Below are positions 49,650 to 61,553 of a stretch of 64,000 nt of DNA, one piece after another. Source of the stretch: Trueperaceae bacterium (GTDB taxonomy: Bacteria > Deinococcota > Deinococci > Deinococcales > Trueperaceae); NCBI GenBank assembly GCA_965213925.1, contig OZ243927.1, positions 704,001 to 768,000 of the forward strand. Direction: 5' to 3'. A program made the position numbers and the translations under genes. The notes beneath the pieces are model-generated. The model worked only from the letters and a program-made list of their open reading frames with translations. It made no database searches and had not been told where the DNA came from. Position 1 is the first letter of the stretch. Every line of letters starts with the position of its first letter.

Positions 49650-51113
49650 GTGCGCGGACGCTTTGCTCCCTACATCGTCGGGCTCGGTCTCTTAGGACTC
49701 GCCGTTATCACGCTTTTTTTCTGTGTCTACGCCTTTTTGCTCAGTGAGAGTGTTGTCGGCTTCGCAGCGACTTGTGTTCTCTCCGCCGCGCTAGGCGCAC
49801 CTCTCGTTTGGATAGGAACGAGCAACGCTGGACCGACGCGCCGGGAAGCGTTAGTCGGTGTATTGCTGCTCTGGTTCGTTTTGCCAATTGTTGGCATGAT
49901 TCCTTACGTGGAGTCAGGGGCGTTTTCGCCGCTCAACGCGCTTTTCGAGTCGACGAGCGGCTTTACCGCTACAGGCGCGACGGCGCTGCGCAACTTTTCA
50001 GAGGTCTCGGATAGCCTCTTTATGTACCGCGCCTTGTCGCAGTGGCTCGGCGGCATCGGCATCATCGTTCTCTTTATCGCGGTTTTTCCGCAACTTGCCA
50101 TCGCGGGGCGGCAGCTCTTCTTCGCCGAAGCGCCCGGTCCTTCCGAGGAAAAACTCACGCCTAGATTGCGCAACACGGCGGGCGCTGTTTTGCTCGTCTA
50201 CGTGGGGCTCAGCCTCCTCTGCGGGCTCGCCTACTGGCTCGCCGGCATGACGCCTTATAACGCGGTAGCGCACACCTTTACGACGCTCGCCGCGAGCGGC
50301 TTTAGCCCGGACCCGCTCTCCTTCGCGGGCTTCGACAACCTTGCAATTGACCTGGTTGCGATTTTGTTCATGACCTTTGCAGGGGTGAGCTTCGCGCTGC
50401 AATATCAGGCGGTCATGGGGCGTCCTAAAGACCTCTTGCGTGACACCGAAGTTCGCGCGTATCTCGCGATTCTTTTGGTCGCGGCGGCGCTCCTCACCTT
50501 TGCCCTGAGAGATACGTATGCGCCCCTCGAGGCGGTGCGCCACGCCACTTTCCAAGCGGTCAGCATCATGACAACGACGGGCTACGCCTCCGCCAACTTC
50601 GCGGAGTGGTCACAGCAAGCCCAAGTCGTGCTCTTAGTCCTTATGTTCATCGGCGGCAGCGCGGGCAGCGCGGCGGGCGGTGTCAAGGTGATCCGCTGGC
50701 TCATCGTCGCGCAGAACATGGCGCGCGAAGTGCGCCGCGCCCTCCACCCTAAGGCGGTCTTGCCCGTGCGCGTCGGCAACCACTTAGTCGAAGAGGAGGT
50801 GCTCCGGGCGGTGGCGGCGTTTCTGACGCTCTACTTGAGCCTCTTCGCTGTGATTGCGGGCGTCGTCATCTGGCTGGGGGCGGATATCGTTACCGGACTC
50901 ACGGCGTCGATTGCCTGCCTCGGTAACGTCGGTCCTGGGCTCGGCGAGGTTGGACCGATGCTGAGCTTCGCGGACTTGCACCCGGTGAGCCGCGCGCTGC
51001 TTATCTTTGCGATGTACGCGGGGAGGCTGGAAGTCGTCACGGTCTTTATCGTCTTCAACCGTGACTTTTGGTACCTGCCCAAAAGGAGGACGTTTCAGCG
51101 GGGGTTTCGCTAG
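49650..51113 (+). CDS. trkH: TrkH K+ uptake membrane protein (tandem copy 2)
   Basis: Same length (487 aa) as copy 1; ESTSGFTATG, AASGFS, TTTGY, GNVGPG. Confidence 0.93.
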   Translation: MRGRFAPYIVGLGLLGLAVITLFFCVYAFLLSESVVGFAATCVLSAALGAPLVWIGTSNAGPTRREALVGVLLLWFVLPIVGMIPYVESGAFSPLNALFESTSGFTATGATALRNFSEVSDSLFMYRALSQWLGGIGIIVLFIAVFPQLAIAGRQLFFAEAPGPSEEKLTPRLRNTAGAVLLVYVGLSLLCGLAYWLAGMTPYNAVAHTFTTLAASGFSPDPLSFAGFDNLAIDLVAILFMTFAGVSFALQYQAVMGRPKDLLRDTEVRAYLAILLVAAALLTFALRDTYAPLEAVRHATFQAVSIMTTTGYASANFAEWSQQAQVVLLVLMFIGGSAGSAAGGVKVIRWLIVAQNMAREVRRALHPKAVLPVRVGNHLVEEEVLRAVAAFLTLYLSLFAVIAGVVIWLGADIVTGLTASIACLGNVGPGLGEVGPMLSFADLHPVSRALLIFAMYAGRLEVVTVFIVFNRDFWYLPKRRTFQRGFR

Positions 51114-51524
51114 CTGCTTCCCGGCAACTCGGTCTCGTCCCCTAACGTGTCTTGAACGTAGAGTATCTTGACGAGGACGAGGAGGACCGCGACGAGGGGC
51201 GATCAGCACGCCTACAAAGCTGAACAGCGTGCCCATCAAGAAGATGGCGAAGAGCAGCAGCGCGGGCGGCAGCTGGATCATGCGCTGCTGCACGAGCGGC
51301 AAGAGCACGTTGCCCTCTAAAAGCTCTAAAGCGATGAACAAAATAGCCACCCAAAGTGCCGCCGAGCCGCCCTGCGTCAGCGCGACGAGCACCGCCGGGA
51401 TGCCCGCCAGCCAAGGACCGATGGTCGGAATGAACTCGAACAAAAAGGCGATAAAGCCGAGCCCGAATGCGAAAGGTACCCCTAGCAACCAGAGCCCTAG
51501 CCCAATCAGCGTGCCGACGCCAAA
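51110..51524 (-). pseudogene. AI-2E family transporter 3' remnant
   Basis: [10 protein letters not shown]...FIPTIGP...LEGNVLLP...GVLIA, then a frameshift to LVAVLLVLVKILYVQD; 5' part absent. Confidence 0.75.
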
Positions 51525-51526
51525 GG

Positions 51527-51646
51527 ATGGGCGTAGGCTTGACGGTGGCGAAGGGCTTGGTCGAGGCGATGGGTGGGACCATAGGGATGGAGAGCACGCC
51601 GGGAGAGGGGAGCGCCTTCTTTTTCACGCTGCCTAGAGCGACGTAG
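51527..51646 (+). pseudogene. Sensor histidine kinase C-terminal (HATPase) remnant
   Basis: [35 protein letters not shown], the G2-box tail. Confidence 0.75.
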
Positions 51647-51709
51647 TTTCAGTGCGAAGCGAGCGCGAGCCGCACCTGAGCGCGCCCGCGCTTTAAGGTA
51701 CAGTTGAGG

Positions 51710-52612
51710 ATGGTCGTCCTTAGACGCATTCTCCTCGCGCTGTTCGCGGTCGTCGCTTTCCTGCTTGTGTGGTCACTCGCCGAGCCCTACGTCATCGACG
51801 AAGAGCAGTTGAGCGTTTCCCTAGCTAATCTTCCCGAAGCGTGGGAGGGCGAGCGCGTCGCGGTGCTCGCTGACTTTCAAGTGGGGATGTGGCTGGATAA
51901 TACCTGGACGATTAGGCGCATCGTAAACCGACTTATTGAAGACCGTCCCGCCGCCGTACTCATCGCAGGCGACTTCGTTTACCATCCCAGCACGAGCGAG
52001 AACAACGAATCAGCGAAAGCGGCTGAATTTCTTAGACCTTTAGTAGACGCGGGCATACCGGTCTACGCCGTTTTAGGCAACCACGACTACGGAATGCCTA
52101 CCGCCAAAGCGCGCAAGGACGAGGCGTTGGCTGAGGATGTGCGTACGGCGTTAGAAGGCGTAGGGGTGCGAGTTCTCCAGAATGAGGCAGTGGCGCTATC
52201 CCCTACAGGCAACGCTTCGTCCCCTCTTTACCTCATCGGCGTCGGACCTCACATCGCGGACGAGAGCAACCCCGAAGCGGCGCTTTCACAACTGCCCGAA
52301 GGCGCACCTCGCCTCGCCCTGATGCACCACCCCGCCTCGTTCACGCAGTTTCCAGCGGGCACTGCGCCTCTGGCGTTCGGGGCGCACACGCACGGCGGGC
52401 AGCTCAGCTTGCCCTTTACGCCTTCTTGGAGCTACATGGCGTATATCGAGGAAGACACCGTCCACGCGGACGGTTGGGTCAATAACTACGGCGCGGCGAA
52501 CAACCGTCTTTACGTAAACCGGGGCATCGGCTTTAGTGTCATCCCTATGAGGTTCAACGCAGCACCAGAACTTACGCTCGTCACGCTAAAACGTGAAGGT
52601 GTGACAAACTAA
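51710..52612 (+). CDS. Metallophosphoesterase (YkuE-like)
   Basis: ADFQ, AGDFV, VLGNHDY, HHP, AHTHGGQ, VNRGIG. Confidence 0.9.
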   Translation: MVVLRRILLALFAVVAFLLVWSLAEPYVIDEEQLSVSLANLPEAWEGERVAVLADFQVGMWLDNTWTIRRIVNRLIEDRPAAVLIAGDFVYHPSTSENNESAKAAEFLRPLVDAGIPVYAVLGNHDYGMPTAKARKDEALAEDVRTALEGVGVRVLQNEAVALSPTGNASSPLYLIGVGPHIADESNPEAALSQLPEGAPRLALMHHPASFTQFPAGTAPLAFGAHTHGGQLSLPFTPSWSYMAYIEEDTVHADGWVNNYGAANNRLYVNRGIGFSVIPMRFNAAPELTLVTLKREGVTN

Positions 52613-52667
52613 AGAGGTGGATGAAAGGTGCGTAGAGAGCACAAAACGTTTTACTATATAGCTATCT

Positions 52668-53174
52668 ATGACTCAGGCAACCCTCACTAAGGAAGACAGG
52701 TCTGTTAGCGTCACCTTGGAGCGCGGTGACTTCATGTACTACACCTGGACGTCGGCGTTAGAGCGCCCCATCCTCCCCTTTTTCATCTACACCTTTACGG
52801 CGCTCGTCTTGGTGAGCCTCACTGGGCTCTGGCCTACAGGCAGCCTCTACGCCTTCGCTGTGATGATTCCCCTCGTAGGCTACACGCTCTTCGTCTGGCT
52901 GAGCGCCTGGCTGACGTGGCGGCGCTTTCCGATGATTCGCGAGCCTAAGCGCTACGTTTTCAAGGAGAAGTCGTACCTTTTAGAAGAGAGCGGCAAAAAG
53001 ACGCCCGTTGCCTACGAAGAGGTAGACGTGCTCACCTCTCGTCGCGGAATTTACCTCTTGCGGCGCACGGGGAGTGCGGACCTCTTGCCGAAGCGAAGCG
53101 TGGAGGATATAGAGAGGTTATTGGCGTTTTTGGAGCAAAAAACAGGCGAGGCGAGAACGTCAAACTTCCTTTAA
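52668..53174 (+). CDS. YcxB-like membrane protein
   Basis: Two TM segments, then a beta-rich C-terminus with LLPKR. Confidence 0.6.
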   Translation: MTQATLTKEDRSVSVTLERGDFMYYTWTSALERPILPFFIYTFTALVLVSLTGLWPTGSLYAFAVMIPLVGYTLFVWLSAWLTWRRFPMIREPKRYVFKEKSYLLEESGKKTPVAYEEVDVLTSRRGIYLLRRTGSADLLPKRSVEDIERLLAFLEQKTGEARTSNFL

Positions 53175-53413
53175 GGTTCTACTTCCGCACCTTCGACCTC
53201 TTCACAGACCATCTTGAAAAACGGAAGCGATTGGCTCAACGTCTTTTTGCACTGCAAGTTGCCTAGTGTCACGTCTGCTGAGGCTTCACCCGCTTGAACG
53301 CTGATGTCCGTTTGAACGTTATCGGTGACGGCGAAAATGAGGGCGACGACGAGCCACACCGTAAGGACGAGGGCAGCTAACCCTAGCATCATGCGGCGTT
53401 TGCGGGGTGCCAT
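53171..53413 (-). CDS. Small hypothetical membrane/secreted protein
   Basis: Basic N-terminus, TM, two Cys. Confidence 0.55.
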   Translation of the reverse strand: MAPRKRRMMLGLAALVLTVWLVVALIFAVTDNVQTDISVQAGEASADVTLGNLQCKKTLSQSLPFFKMVCEEVEGAEVEP

Positions 53414-53522
53414 CTTGTTTCACTATAAACCTTGCGCCTGTAGGCTTCGCGTTTGTATCGGGGGCTCGAGCCGAACAAGAAAAGAGGAGCCAGCTTGTAG
53501 CTAACTCCTCGGTGGATTCAAC

Positions 53523-53540
53523 AAGGGGTTTCAACCCCTT
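53523..53540. repeat. REP-like palindrome copy 1
   Basis: AAGGGGTTTCAACCCCTT just after the actP stop. Confidence 0.7.
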
Positions 53541-53548
53541 ACTTTAAC

Positions 53549-55222
53549 CTAGTCGTGCGCGGTTGCCGACACCGAACCTCTCGGATAGCGGATATCTTCC
53601 ACGAATTCCTGAATGTCAGCGGGCGGCTCCGCTGTCGCCCTAGACACCACGTACATCACGATGAAGCTGATAATCATCCCGACCGCGCCGATGCCCTGCG
53701 CGGTGATGCCGAACAAGAAGGGGTCGATATCAAGCATCCGGTCGGCGGTCAAGACGATGTAGGTGCCCGTAAAGATGAGCCCAACTGCCATCCCCGCAAT
53801 CGCCCCCTCTTTGTTCGCACGTTTGTCGAAAATCCCCATGACGATAACGGGGAAGAAACTTGCCGCCGCTAAGCCGAAGGCAAAGGCGACCACCTCCGCG
53901 ACGTAGCCGCCCGGATTGACGCCGAAGTAGCCCGCGATAAAGACCGCTACGAGCACCGAGACCCTCGCGACGACCAACTCGTGTTGCTCCGAGGCGTCGG
54001 GTTTGATAAGGCGTTTATAGATGTCGTGCGAGAACGACGAGCCTACCACCAAGAGAAGCCCCGACGCCGTCGAAAGCGCCGCCGCTAACCCCCCCGCCGC
54101 GACGATGCCCACAACCCAGGCGGGCAAGCCCGCAATTTCGGGATTCGCAAGCACCAAGATGTCAGGGCTAATCGTGACTTCGTTGTCTTCACCGTTGGTG
54201 TATTGGGCAATACCGTCATTGTTGAGGTCATTGACGGAGAAAAGCGTCGCGTCGGACTCGCCCCAAGTCTGCGTCCAGGAGGGAAGCTCGGCGATGGGCA
54301 CGCCGTTGACGCCCTCGATGAGGTTGGTTTTGGCGAACACCGCTACTGCGGGCGCGGTCGTGTAGAGAAGCCCGATGCAGACCAGCGCCCAGAAGCCCGT
54401 CCAGCGCGCGCCCTTAACCGACTTGGCCGTGTAGAAGCGGACGATCACGTGAGGTAAGCCGGCTGTGCCGCACATGAGCGTCATCGCGATCAAAAAGACG
54501 TTGAGACCACTTATGTTGGTAAAAGGTGAAGTGTAGACGCCGAAGCCCAACTCCTCTTGAATGCCGTTGAGCCGCGTCGCCACTTCGCCGAAGGCGAGCT
54601 GCGGCACGGGGTTACCTGTGAGCGCCGCCGCAATCGCAATCGCGGGAATCGCGTAGGCGATCATCAGCACGACGTACTGGGCGACCTGCGTGTAAGTGAT
54701 GCCCTTCATGCCGCCTAAAATGGCGTAAATCGCGACGATGACCATGCCGATGATGATGCCAATAGTGATATCCACCTGCAAAAAGCGGCTAAAGGCGATG
54801 CCGACGCCGCGCATCTGCCCAGCGACGTAGGTGAGTGAAACCGTCACGGCGCACGCCGCCGCGACGATACGCGCCGTGCGCGAGTAGTACCTGTCGCCGA
54901 CGAACTCGGGCACGGTGTACTTGCCGAACTTGCGTAAATAGGGCGCTAAAAGGAGCGCCAAGAGGACGTAACCGCCCGTCCAGCCGAGCAGGTAGATCGC
55001 GCCGTCGAAGCCGTTGAGGGCGATAAGCCCCGCCATCGAGATGAAGGACGCCGCGCTCATCCAGTCCGCGCCGACCGCCATGCCGTTTAAGACCGAGGGG
55101 ACGCCCTGACCCGCGACGTAGAAACCCGCCGTCGACGAAACCCGCGCCCATACCGCAATGCCGATATACAAGCTGAAGGTGCCAACGACGAAGATGAGCG
55201 TCCAGAGAAAAATGGGGTCCAT
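53549..55222 (-). CDS. actP: Sodium:solute symporter, acetate permease-like
   Basis: GADWMSAASF, GTAGLPHVIVRFYT, LAAALSTASGLL; next to DUF4212 and acs. Confidence 0.85.
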   Translation of the reverse strand: MDPIFLWTLIFVVGTFSLYIGIAVWARVSSTAGFYVAGQGVPSVLNGMAVGADWMSAASFISMAGLIALNGFDGAIYLLGWTGGYVLLALLLAPYLRKFGKYTVPEFVGDRYYSRTARIVAAACAVTVSLTYVAGQMRGVGIAFSRFLQVDITIGIIIGMVIVAIYAILGGMKGITYTQVAQYVVLMIAYAIPAIAIAAALTGNPVPQLAFGEVATRLNGIQEELGFGVYTSPFTNISGLNVFLIAMTLMCGTAGLPHVIVRFYTAKSVKGARWTGFWALVCIGLLYTTAPAVAVFAKTNLIEGVNGVPIAELPSWTQTWGESDATLFSVNDLNNDGIAQYTNGEDNEVTISPDILVLANPEIAGLPAWVVGIVAAGGLAAALSTASGLLLVVGSSFSHDIYKRLIKPDASEQHELVVARVSVLVAVFIAGYFGVNPGGYVAEVVAFAFGLAAASFFPVIVMGIFDKRANKEGAIAGMAVGLIFTGTYIVLTADRMLDIDPFLFGITAQGIGAVGMIISFIVMYVVSRATAEPPADIQEFVEDIRYPRGSVSATAHD

Positions 55223-55600
55223 TCAGTTGCCGTCCTGTTCTTCCACGCCGAACTCTTCGTCCAGCTTGTTCATGCGTAGCGCGTAAATGAGAATCAGCAG
55301 CACGAAGACGTAAATCGCGCCGTTTTGCGCCATCCAGAAGCCCAGAGGCGCACCTAAAAAGGTGAAGTTGTTGAGCCAGGGCGCGAGAATAATCGAGATG
55401 ATGTAGCCGACCACGAACCAAACTGCTAAAAGGCTTAGCGTCAAGCTGATGTTGCGCTTCCAGTAGTTTTGGAGCATCTCCTTGTTTTCGCTGCTGAACG
55501 AGCCCGTTTTACTTGCCTCGTTGCCGTCCTTGTCTCCACCGCCGCGCTGAACGCTGACGACGCCCTCTTTTCTCTTTTTCTTGCCTTTTGTACTCACCAT
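55223..55600 (-). CDS. DUF4212 small membrane subunit of SSS transporter
   Basis: YWKRNI...PLGFWMAQNGAIYVFV...MNKLDEEFGV; GGAGGT before ATG 55600. Confidence 0.85.
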   Translation of the reverse strand: MVSTKGKKKRKEGVVSVQRGGGDKDGNEASKTGSFSSENKEMLQNYWKRNISLTLSLLAVWFVVGYIISIILAPWLNNFTFLGAPLGFWMAQNGAIYVFVLLILIYALRMNKLDEEFGVEEQDGN

Positions 55601-55700
55601 ACCTCCTAAGTGCGAAACCACCTTCGCGTTGCGTATGTTTTTAACGTTTTACGCTTTTAATGTTGACGTGCCGCTAGGGTTTTGCCCTAACACCCGAGCT

Positions 55701-56120
55701 TTAAGAAGTCGGCGCACTGCCGCTTCGTGTTTTAGGGAGTCCGTCTACAAAGGTCACCTCCGCTAGCGTTGCAACCGGACCATGCTCGAGGTGAACATGG
55801 CGGAAAAGGTTTTGGGTAATCTCAACATCTTTACGCAGCACCACTTCACGCAGCACCACGGCTCGAGTCGCCTCGCCCTCACTTTCGCCTAACGCAACAG
55901 GTGCCGACTCGAGAAGGGTTGGACCGACGTGGCGTCGGGCTCCACTGAATAAGGCTTCACCTCGAGAGGTGCGCCGCATAAACCCTTCAACCTCCCGAAA
56001 CGCCTCTTTCCTTTCGGTAGAGCAGCAGACCGCCTCATATTCTTGCAAAGCGGCACATGCTTTAACCTCGCTAGACGGTCTAAAAATGACTTGCTCTTGT
56101 AAACGTGCATCTTGCCCCAC
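55701..56120 (-). pseudogene. Miniature, internally deleted acetyl-CoA synthetase-like ORF
   Basis: N-terminus LQEQVIFRPS...EYE and C-terminus LLESAPVA...EVTFVDGLPKTRSG match both ends of the adjacent Acs. Confidence 0.55.
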
Positions 56121-56367
56121 GCGCTCACCGCCTCATTTCTTGCTCGCAACCGCTCGAGAGGAAAGATACAAACAACGTTTCTCTCCTCAGATAGACCGAA
56201 CAAAGATAGGTATAAAAACTGAACTTAGAGGTAATCTTATCGCTTCACTTTGCAGCACGTCAAGGACGCCTAAGCACCGAAGAGTACTCAGACACCTTGT
56301 TTGGATGTGCCACGTTATGCTAGCTTTTACATCGTCAATATAAAGTTTCATGTTTTGGAGGCAAATT

Positions 56368-58314
<1,947 letters not shown>

Positions 58315-58354
58315 GTTGGTGGTGTCTTTATCTGGAACGGCGCGGACGCCAAAG

Positions 58355-58374
58355 CAAGGGGTTTCAACCCCTTG
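58355..58374. repeat. REP-like palindrome copy 2
   Basis: CAAGGGGTTTCAACCCCTTG after the acs stop. Confidence 0.7.
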
Positions 58375-58509
58375 TTCACTCCCCTGTTCAGTATGTAGAG
58401 ATAGCAGAGGGAGCGCGTAGCAGCGCTCGACTCAGAACCGCTACCGCGGTGTTGCTCAAGCCCCCCGTAAGTTCTGCACTCCAAACAAAGCGTATAGGTC
58501 AGAGGATGG

Positions 58510-59385
58510 TCAAGCGATCCTCTGACCTTCTTTTTGACCAGCCTGAGGTTGAGCCGACTTCCACCGCACCTCGCTTATCAGCATCGCAACGACGATGAGC
58601 GCGCCGCCCAACCAACCTAATAGCCCGAGCGTCTCACCGCGCACGAAGTAGGCAAAAATCGCCGCGAAAACAGGCTCTAAAACGAAGATGAGCGCGGCGA
58701 GATAGGCAGGCACGACCCGCTGCGCCGACACCTGCAACACCGAGATGAGTGCTGTGGCAACGACGGCGAGATAGAGAATCGCGCTATACGTCCCTAGTGG
58801 GACCGAAGCGAGCGTACCGATTTGCGGCAGCGCCCAGACCCACGCGAGCGCCGCCATGAGCCAGAGCTGCACCGCGCTGAGCGCCCACACGCTGTGCTGC
58901 GCTGCGACCTCTCCCAAATAGACAATATAGAGTGCGTACGCCAGCGCCGTGCCGAGTACCCAGATATCTCCCGTGGTGACGCCTACCGGTCCTGTCAACG
59001 TCATTAAACCTAGACCTGCGAGCGCAACGCAGGCAGCGAGAAAAGCTTTCGGCGGTACGCGGTTGCCGAACCACGCCGCGCTGACTATAGGGGTAAGCAC
59101 GACGCTCAGCCCAGTGATAAAGGCGGCTTTCGAAGCTGTCGTGCTCACCAGCCCGAGCGTCTGCGTCGCGAAGCCCGCGAAGGTGAGTAGCCCTAAGATT
59201 AGACCCGGTACGAGCGTTTGACGCGGCGGTCTCACCCAGCTAAAGAGCAGCCCCGCCGCGCTGAAACGCAGCGCGAGTAACAGCGCAGGGGAGAGGGTCT
59301 CCAAGGCGTCTTTAACGACGACGAACGTCGTTCCCCAAACCAAGGTGATAAAAACGAGCGTGAGGATACCGAGCGCGGGAGACAT
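58510..59385 (-). CDS. EamA/DMT family transporter
   Basis: VWGTTFVVVK, TTASKAAFITGL, LEPVFAAIF. Confidence 0.9.
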   Translation of the reverse strand: MSPALGILTLVFITLVWGTTFVVVKDALETLSPALLLALRFSAAGLLFSWVRPPRQTLVPGLILGLLTFAGFATQTLGLVSTTASKAAFITGLSVVLTPIVSAAWFGNRVPPKAFLAACVALAGLGLMTLTGPVGVTTGDIWVLGTALAYALYIVYLGEVAAQHSVWALSAVQLWLMAALAWVWALPQIGTLASVPLGTYSAILYLAVVATALISVLQVSAQRVVPAYLAALIFVLEPVFAAIFAYFVRGETLGLLGWLGGALIVVAMLISEVRWKSAQPQAGQKEGQRIA

Positions 59386-59460
59386 AGAGAGAATTGTGGC
59401 ACGTTCGTACGGGGGCTGTCGCTTCACGGTGAACGTTCGGTCATGCCGTAAAATAGACCT

Positions 59461-59934
59461 ATGAATTTTCGTATCGGTTTTGGCGAAGACGCGCACAGGT
59501 TAGCCGCAGGGCGTCCTCTTGTGGTTGGCGGGGTGGAGATTGAAAGCGAACGCGGTGCGGTGGCGCATAGTGATGGGGACGTACTTTTACACGCGCTGGC
59601 GGACGCGCTACTCTCGAGCCTCTCCCTAGGCGACATCGGTCTCTACTTTCCCCCATCCAACCCCGAGTTTAAGGATTTAGATAGCACTAGTATCGTGCGG
59701 CGTGTGCTAGACCTTTTGCGAGAACGTGGACCTCTTGCGATAGGCAACGTTGCCGTTGTCGTCACCCTCGACAAACCCAAGCTCGGCGCTTATCGGGAGC
59801 GGATTCAACAGAACGTTGCGGACCTCTTGGGTGTAAACCCGCGAGATGTCGGCGTTGGTTTCAAGACGAGCGAAGGACTCGCGCCGGGGCATATTCAAGC
59901 AAGGGCAACCGTTCTCCTTCATCCACCGTCGTAA
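59461..59934 (+). CDS. ispF: 2-C-methyl-D-erythritol 2,4-cyclodiphosphate synthase
   Basis: [34 protein letters not shown]. Confidence 0.95.
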   Translation: MNFRIGFGEDAHRLAAGRPLVVGGVEIESERGAVAHSDGDVLLHALADALLSSLSLGDIGLYFPPSNPEFKDLDSTSIVRRVLDLLRERGPLAIGNVAVVVTLDKPKLGAYRERIQQNVADLLGVNPRDVGVGFKTSEGLAPGHIQARATVLLHPPS

Positions 59935-59955
59935 ACTCAGCTAGGAGGTTTACCC

Positions 59956-60414
59956 ATGAGTGTAACGGTTGGAGAAAAAGCGCCGGACTTCACGCTGAAG
60001 TCCACCTTGGACAAAGAGGTCAGTTTGGAGGACTACCGGGGAGAAAAGAACGTCGTGCTGGTCTTCTACCCGCTCGATTTCTCACCGACGTGCAGTATGC
60101 AACTCCCCGAATATTCGGGGCGCAAGGACGACTTCGCGGAGATGGACGCGGAGGTTGTCGGCGTGAACCGTGACAGCGTCTATACGCACAAGGCGTGGTC
60201 TAAGGAGTTCAACATCGAGATTCCGCTGCTGGCAGATATGACGGGCGACGCAGCAAAAGCGTACAACGTTTATATGCCCGAGCGCGGCATTAGCAAGAGA
60301 GCGGTTTTTATCATCGACAAAGAGGGCGGGCTGCGCTTTAAGCACGTCGAGGAGACGCCGGGGGACTTTACGCTTCACGCAGACGATATTTTGGCGGAGT
60401 TGCAGAAGCTCTAG
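59956..60414 (+). CDS. Peroxiredoxin (AhpC/TSA, 1-Cys)
   Basis: APDFTL, FYPLDFSPTC, RAVFIIDKEG. Confidence 0.9.
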   Translation: MSVTVGEKAPDFTLKSTLDKEVSLEDYRGEKNVVLVFYPLDFSPTCSMQLPEYSGRKDDFAEMDAEVVGVNRDSVYTHKAWSKEFNIEIPLLADMTGDAAKAYNVYMPERGISKRAVFIIDKEGGLRFKHVEETPGDFTLHADDILAELQKL

Positions 60415-60426
60415 ACGAACCGGCAC

Positions 60427-60471
60427 AAAAAAATAAAAAGAAGACCCTCGAGCCTAAGCTCGAGGGTCTTC
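60427..60471 (-). terminator. Intrinsic terminator built from two CTCGAG sites
   Basis: GAAGACCCTCGAGC-CTAA-GCTCGAGGGTCTTC with an A-rich run at 60427-60439 (U-tract on minus). Confidence 0.85.
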
Positions 60472-60497
60472 CCCTGCTAATCTTCTGTTAGCTTTGC

Positions 60498-61553
60498 TTA
60501 GAAGCGGTAGTTGAGACCTGCTGCAACGGTCGGGTAGATGTCTTCGTAGTCATCGGTTCCGTCAAGCTCGGGGTCATCGAGGTAGTAGTCGACCATACCT
60601 TCGACGAAGATGCCGATTTTACCGAAGAGCGCATATTCAGCGCCTAAGAGACCACTGATGAAAAGCGCATCTGCCGTGTCGGTGTCGAAGATGAGGTTCT
60701 CGAACTGGTAGCCTGCACCTGCGCCGACATACGCGCGGATGTTCGGACCGCCGAGCGTGTAGGTCAGGTGACCTATCGCCGCAAACGTGCCCTCATCGAG
60801 CGGCGTCTGGCGGGCGTAGTCCGCTGTGGCGCGAAGACCGATGCCGCCGAAGATTTTGTCGATGCCGAGAACTGCGCGCACACCGAAATCTTCGCTCAAC
60901 TCATTGAGACCGCCGAGGCCGAAATAGAGACCGCCGCCGCCGCCGGCGCTAGGCGCTTCGACTTCTGCGGGCTGAACCTCGGTGACTTCGGGTTGAGGGG
61001 TGACTTCGGCCGTACCAGGTTCACCTGGAGGACCCTGCGGACCTTCCGGACCCTGCGGACCTTCCGGACCCTGCGGACCTTCCGGACCTTGGAGCGCACC
61101 GGAGTCGATCTGGGCGCGGAGCGATTCTAATTCTGCGCTCAGCTGGTCGACTTGCTGCTGAAGCTCTTCGCTACCTCCCGCTTGCACGCTCTCTTCGAGC
61201 GAAGAGACGCGGCTGCTGAGCGAATCGAGGTCGGACGAGACTTCTTGTACGGCGTTGCGCAGTGAAGCGATGTCCTCTTCGCTGCCCGCTCCCGCTTGCG
61301 CGTAGTTCTCGTCGATGTAGTCGAGCACGCGGCTGATGACGAGCGCGGCTTGGTAGCGTGTGAAGCTCTCATTACCGCCGAAGGTGCCGTCAGGGAAACC
61401 TAGAATGATGCCTAGGTCCGAAAGGCGCGCTACGGCGTCCTCAGCGTAAGAGCCCGCGGGAACGTCCGGGAAGGGCGTGGAGCCGCCCGTCGTTTGAGCG
61501 TACGACCCGCTCGCAAAGGCCATGATAAGCATGGTTAGTAACAGTTTCTTCAT
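60498..61553 (-). CDS. SLH-domain envelope protein with coiled coil, collagen-like segment and C-terminal beta-barrel
   Basis: Signal peptide, FPDVP...GFPDGTF...TRYQAA (SLH), heptads, GPEGPQ repeats, terminal GLNYRF. Confidence 0.85.
   Translation of the reverse strand: MKKLLLTMLIMAFASGSYAQTTGGSTPFPDVPAGSYAEDAVARLSDLGIILGFPDGTFGGNESFTRYQAALVISRVLDYIDENYAQAGAGSEEDIASLRNAVQEVSSDLDSLSSRVSSLEESVQAGGSEELQQQVDQLSAELESLRAQIDSGALQGPEGPQGPEGPQGPEGPQGPPGEPGTAEVTPQPEVTEVQPAEVEAPSAGGGGGLYFGLGGLNELSEDFGVRAVLGIDKIFGGIGLRATADYARQTPLDEGTFAAIGHLTYTLGGPNIRAYVGAGAGYQFENLIFDTDTADALFISGLLGAEYALFGKIGIFVEGMVDYYLDDPELDGTDDYEDIYPTVAAGLNYRF
61030..61088. repeat. 18-bp tandem repeat (about 3 copies) encoding Gly-Pro-X
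   Basis: GGACCCTGCGGACCTTCC x3. Confidence 0.85.

Noticed and set aside
50784..51627. ORFs 50784-51488 and 51142-51627 as intact genes
   Set aside because: They are chimeric frames across the AI-2E and kinase remnants and antisense trkH.
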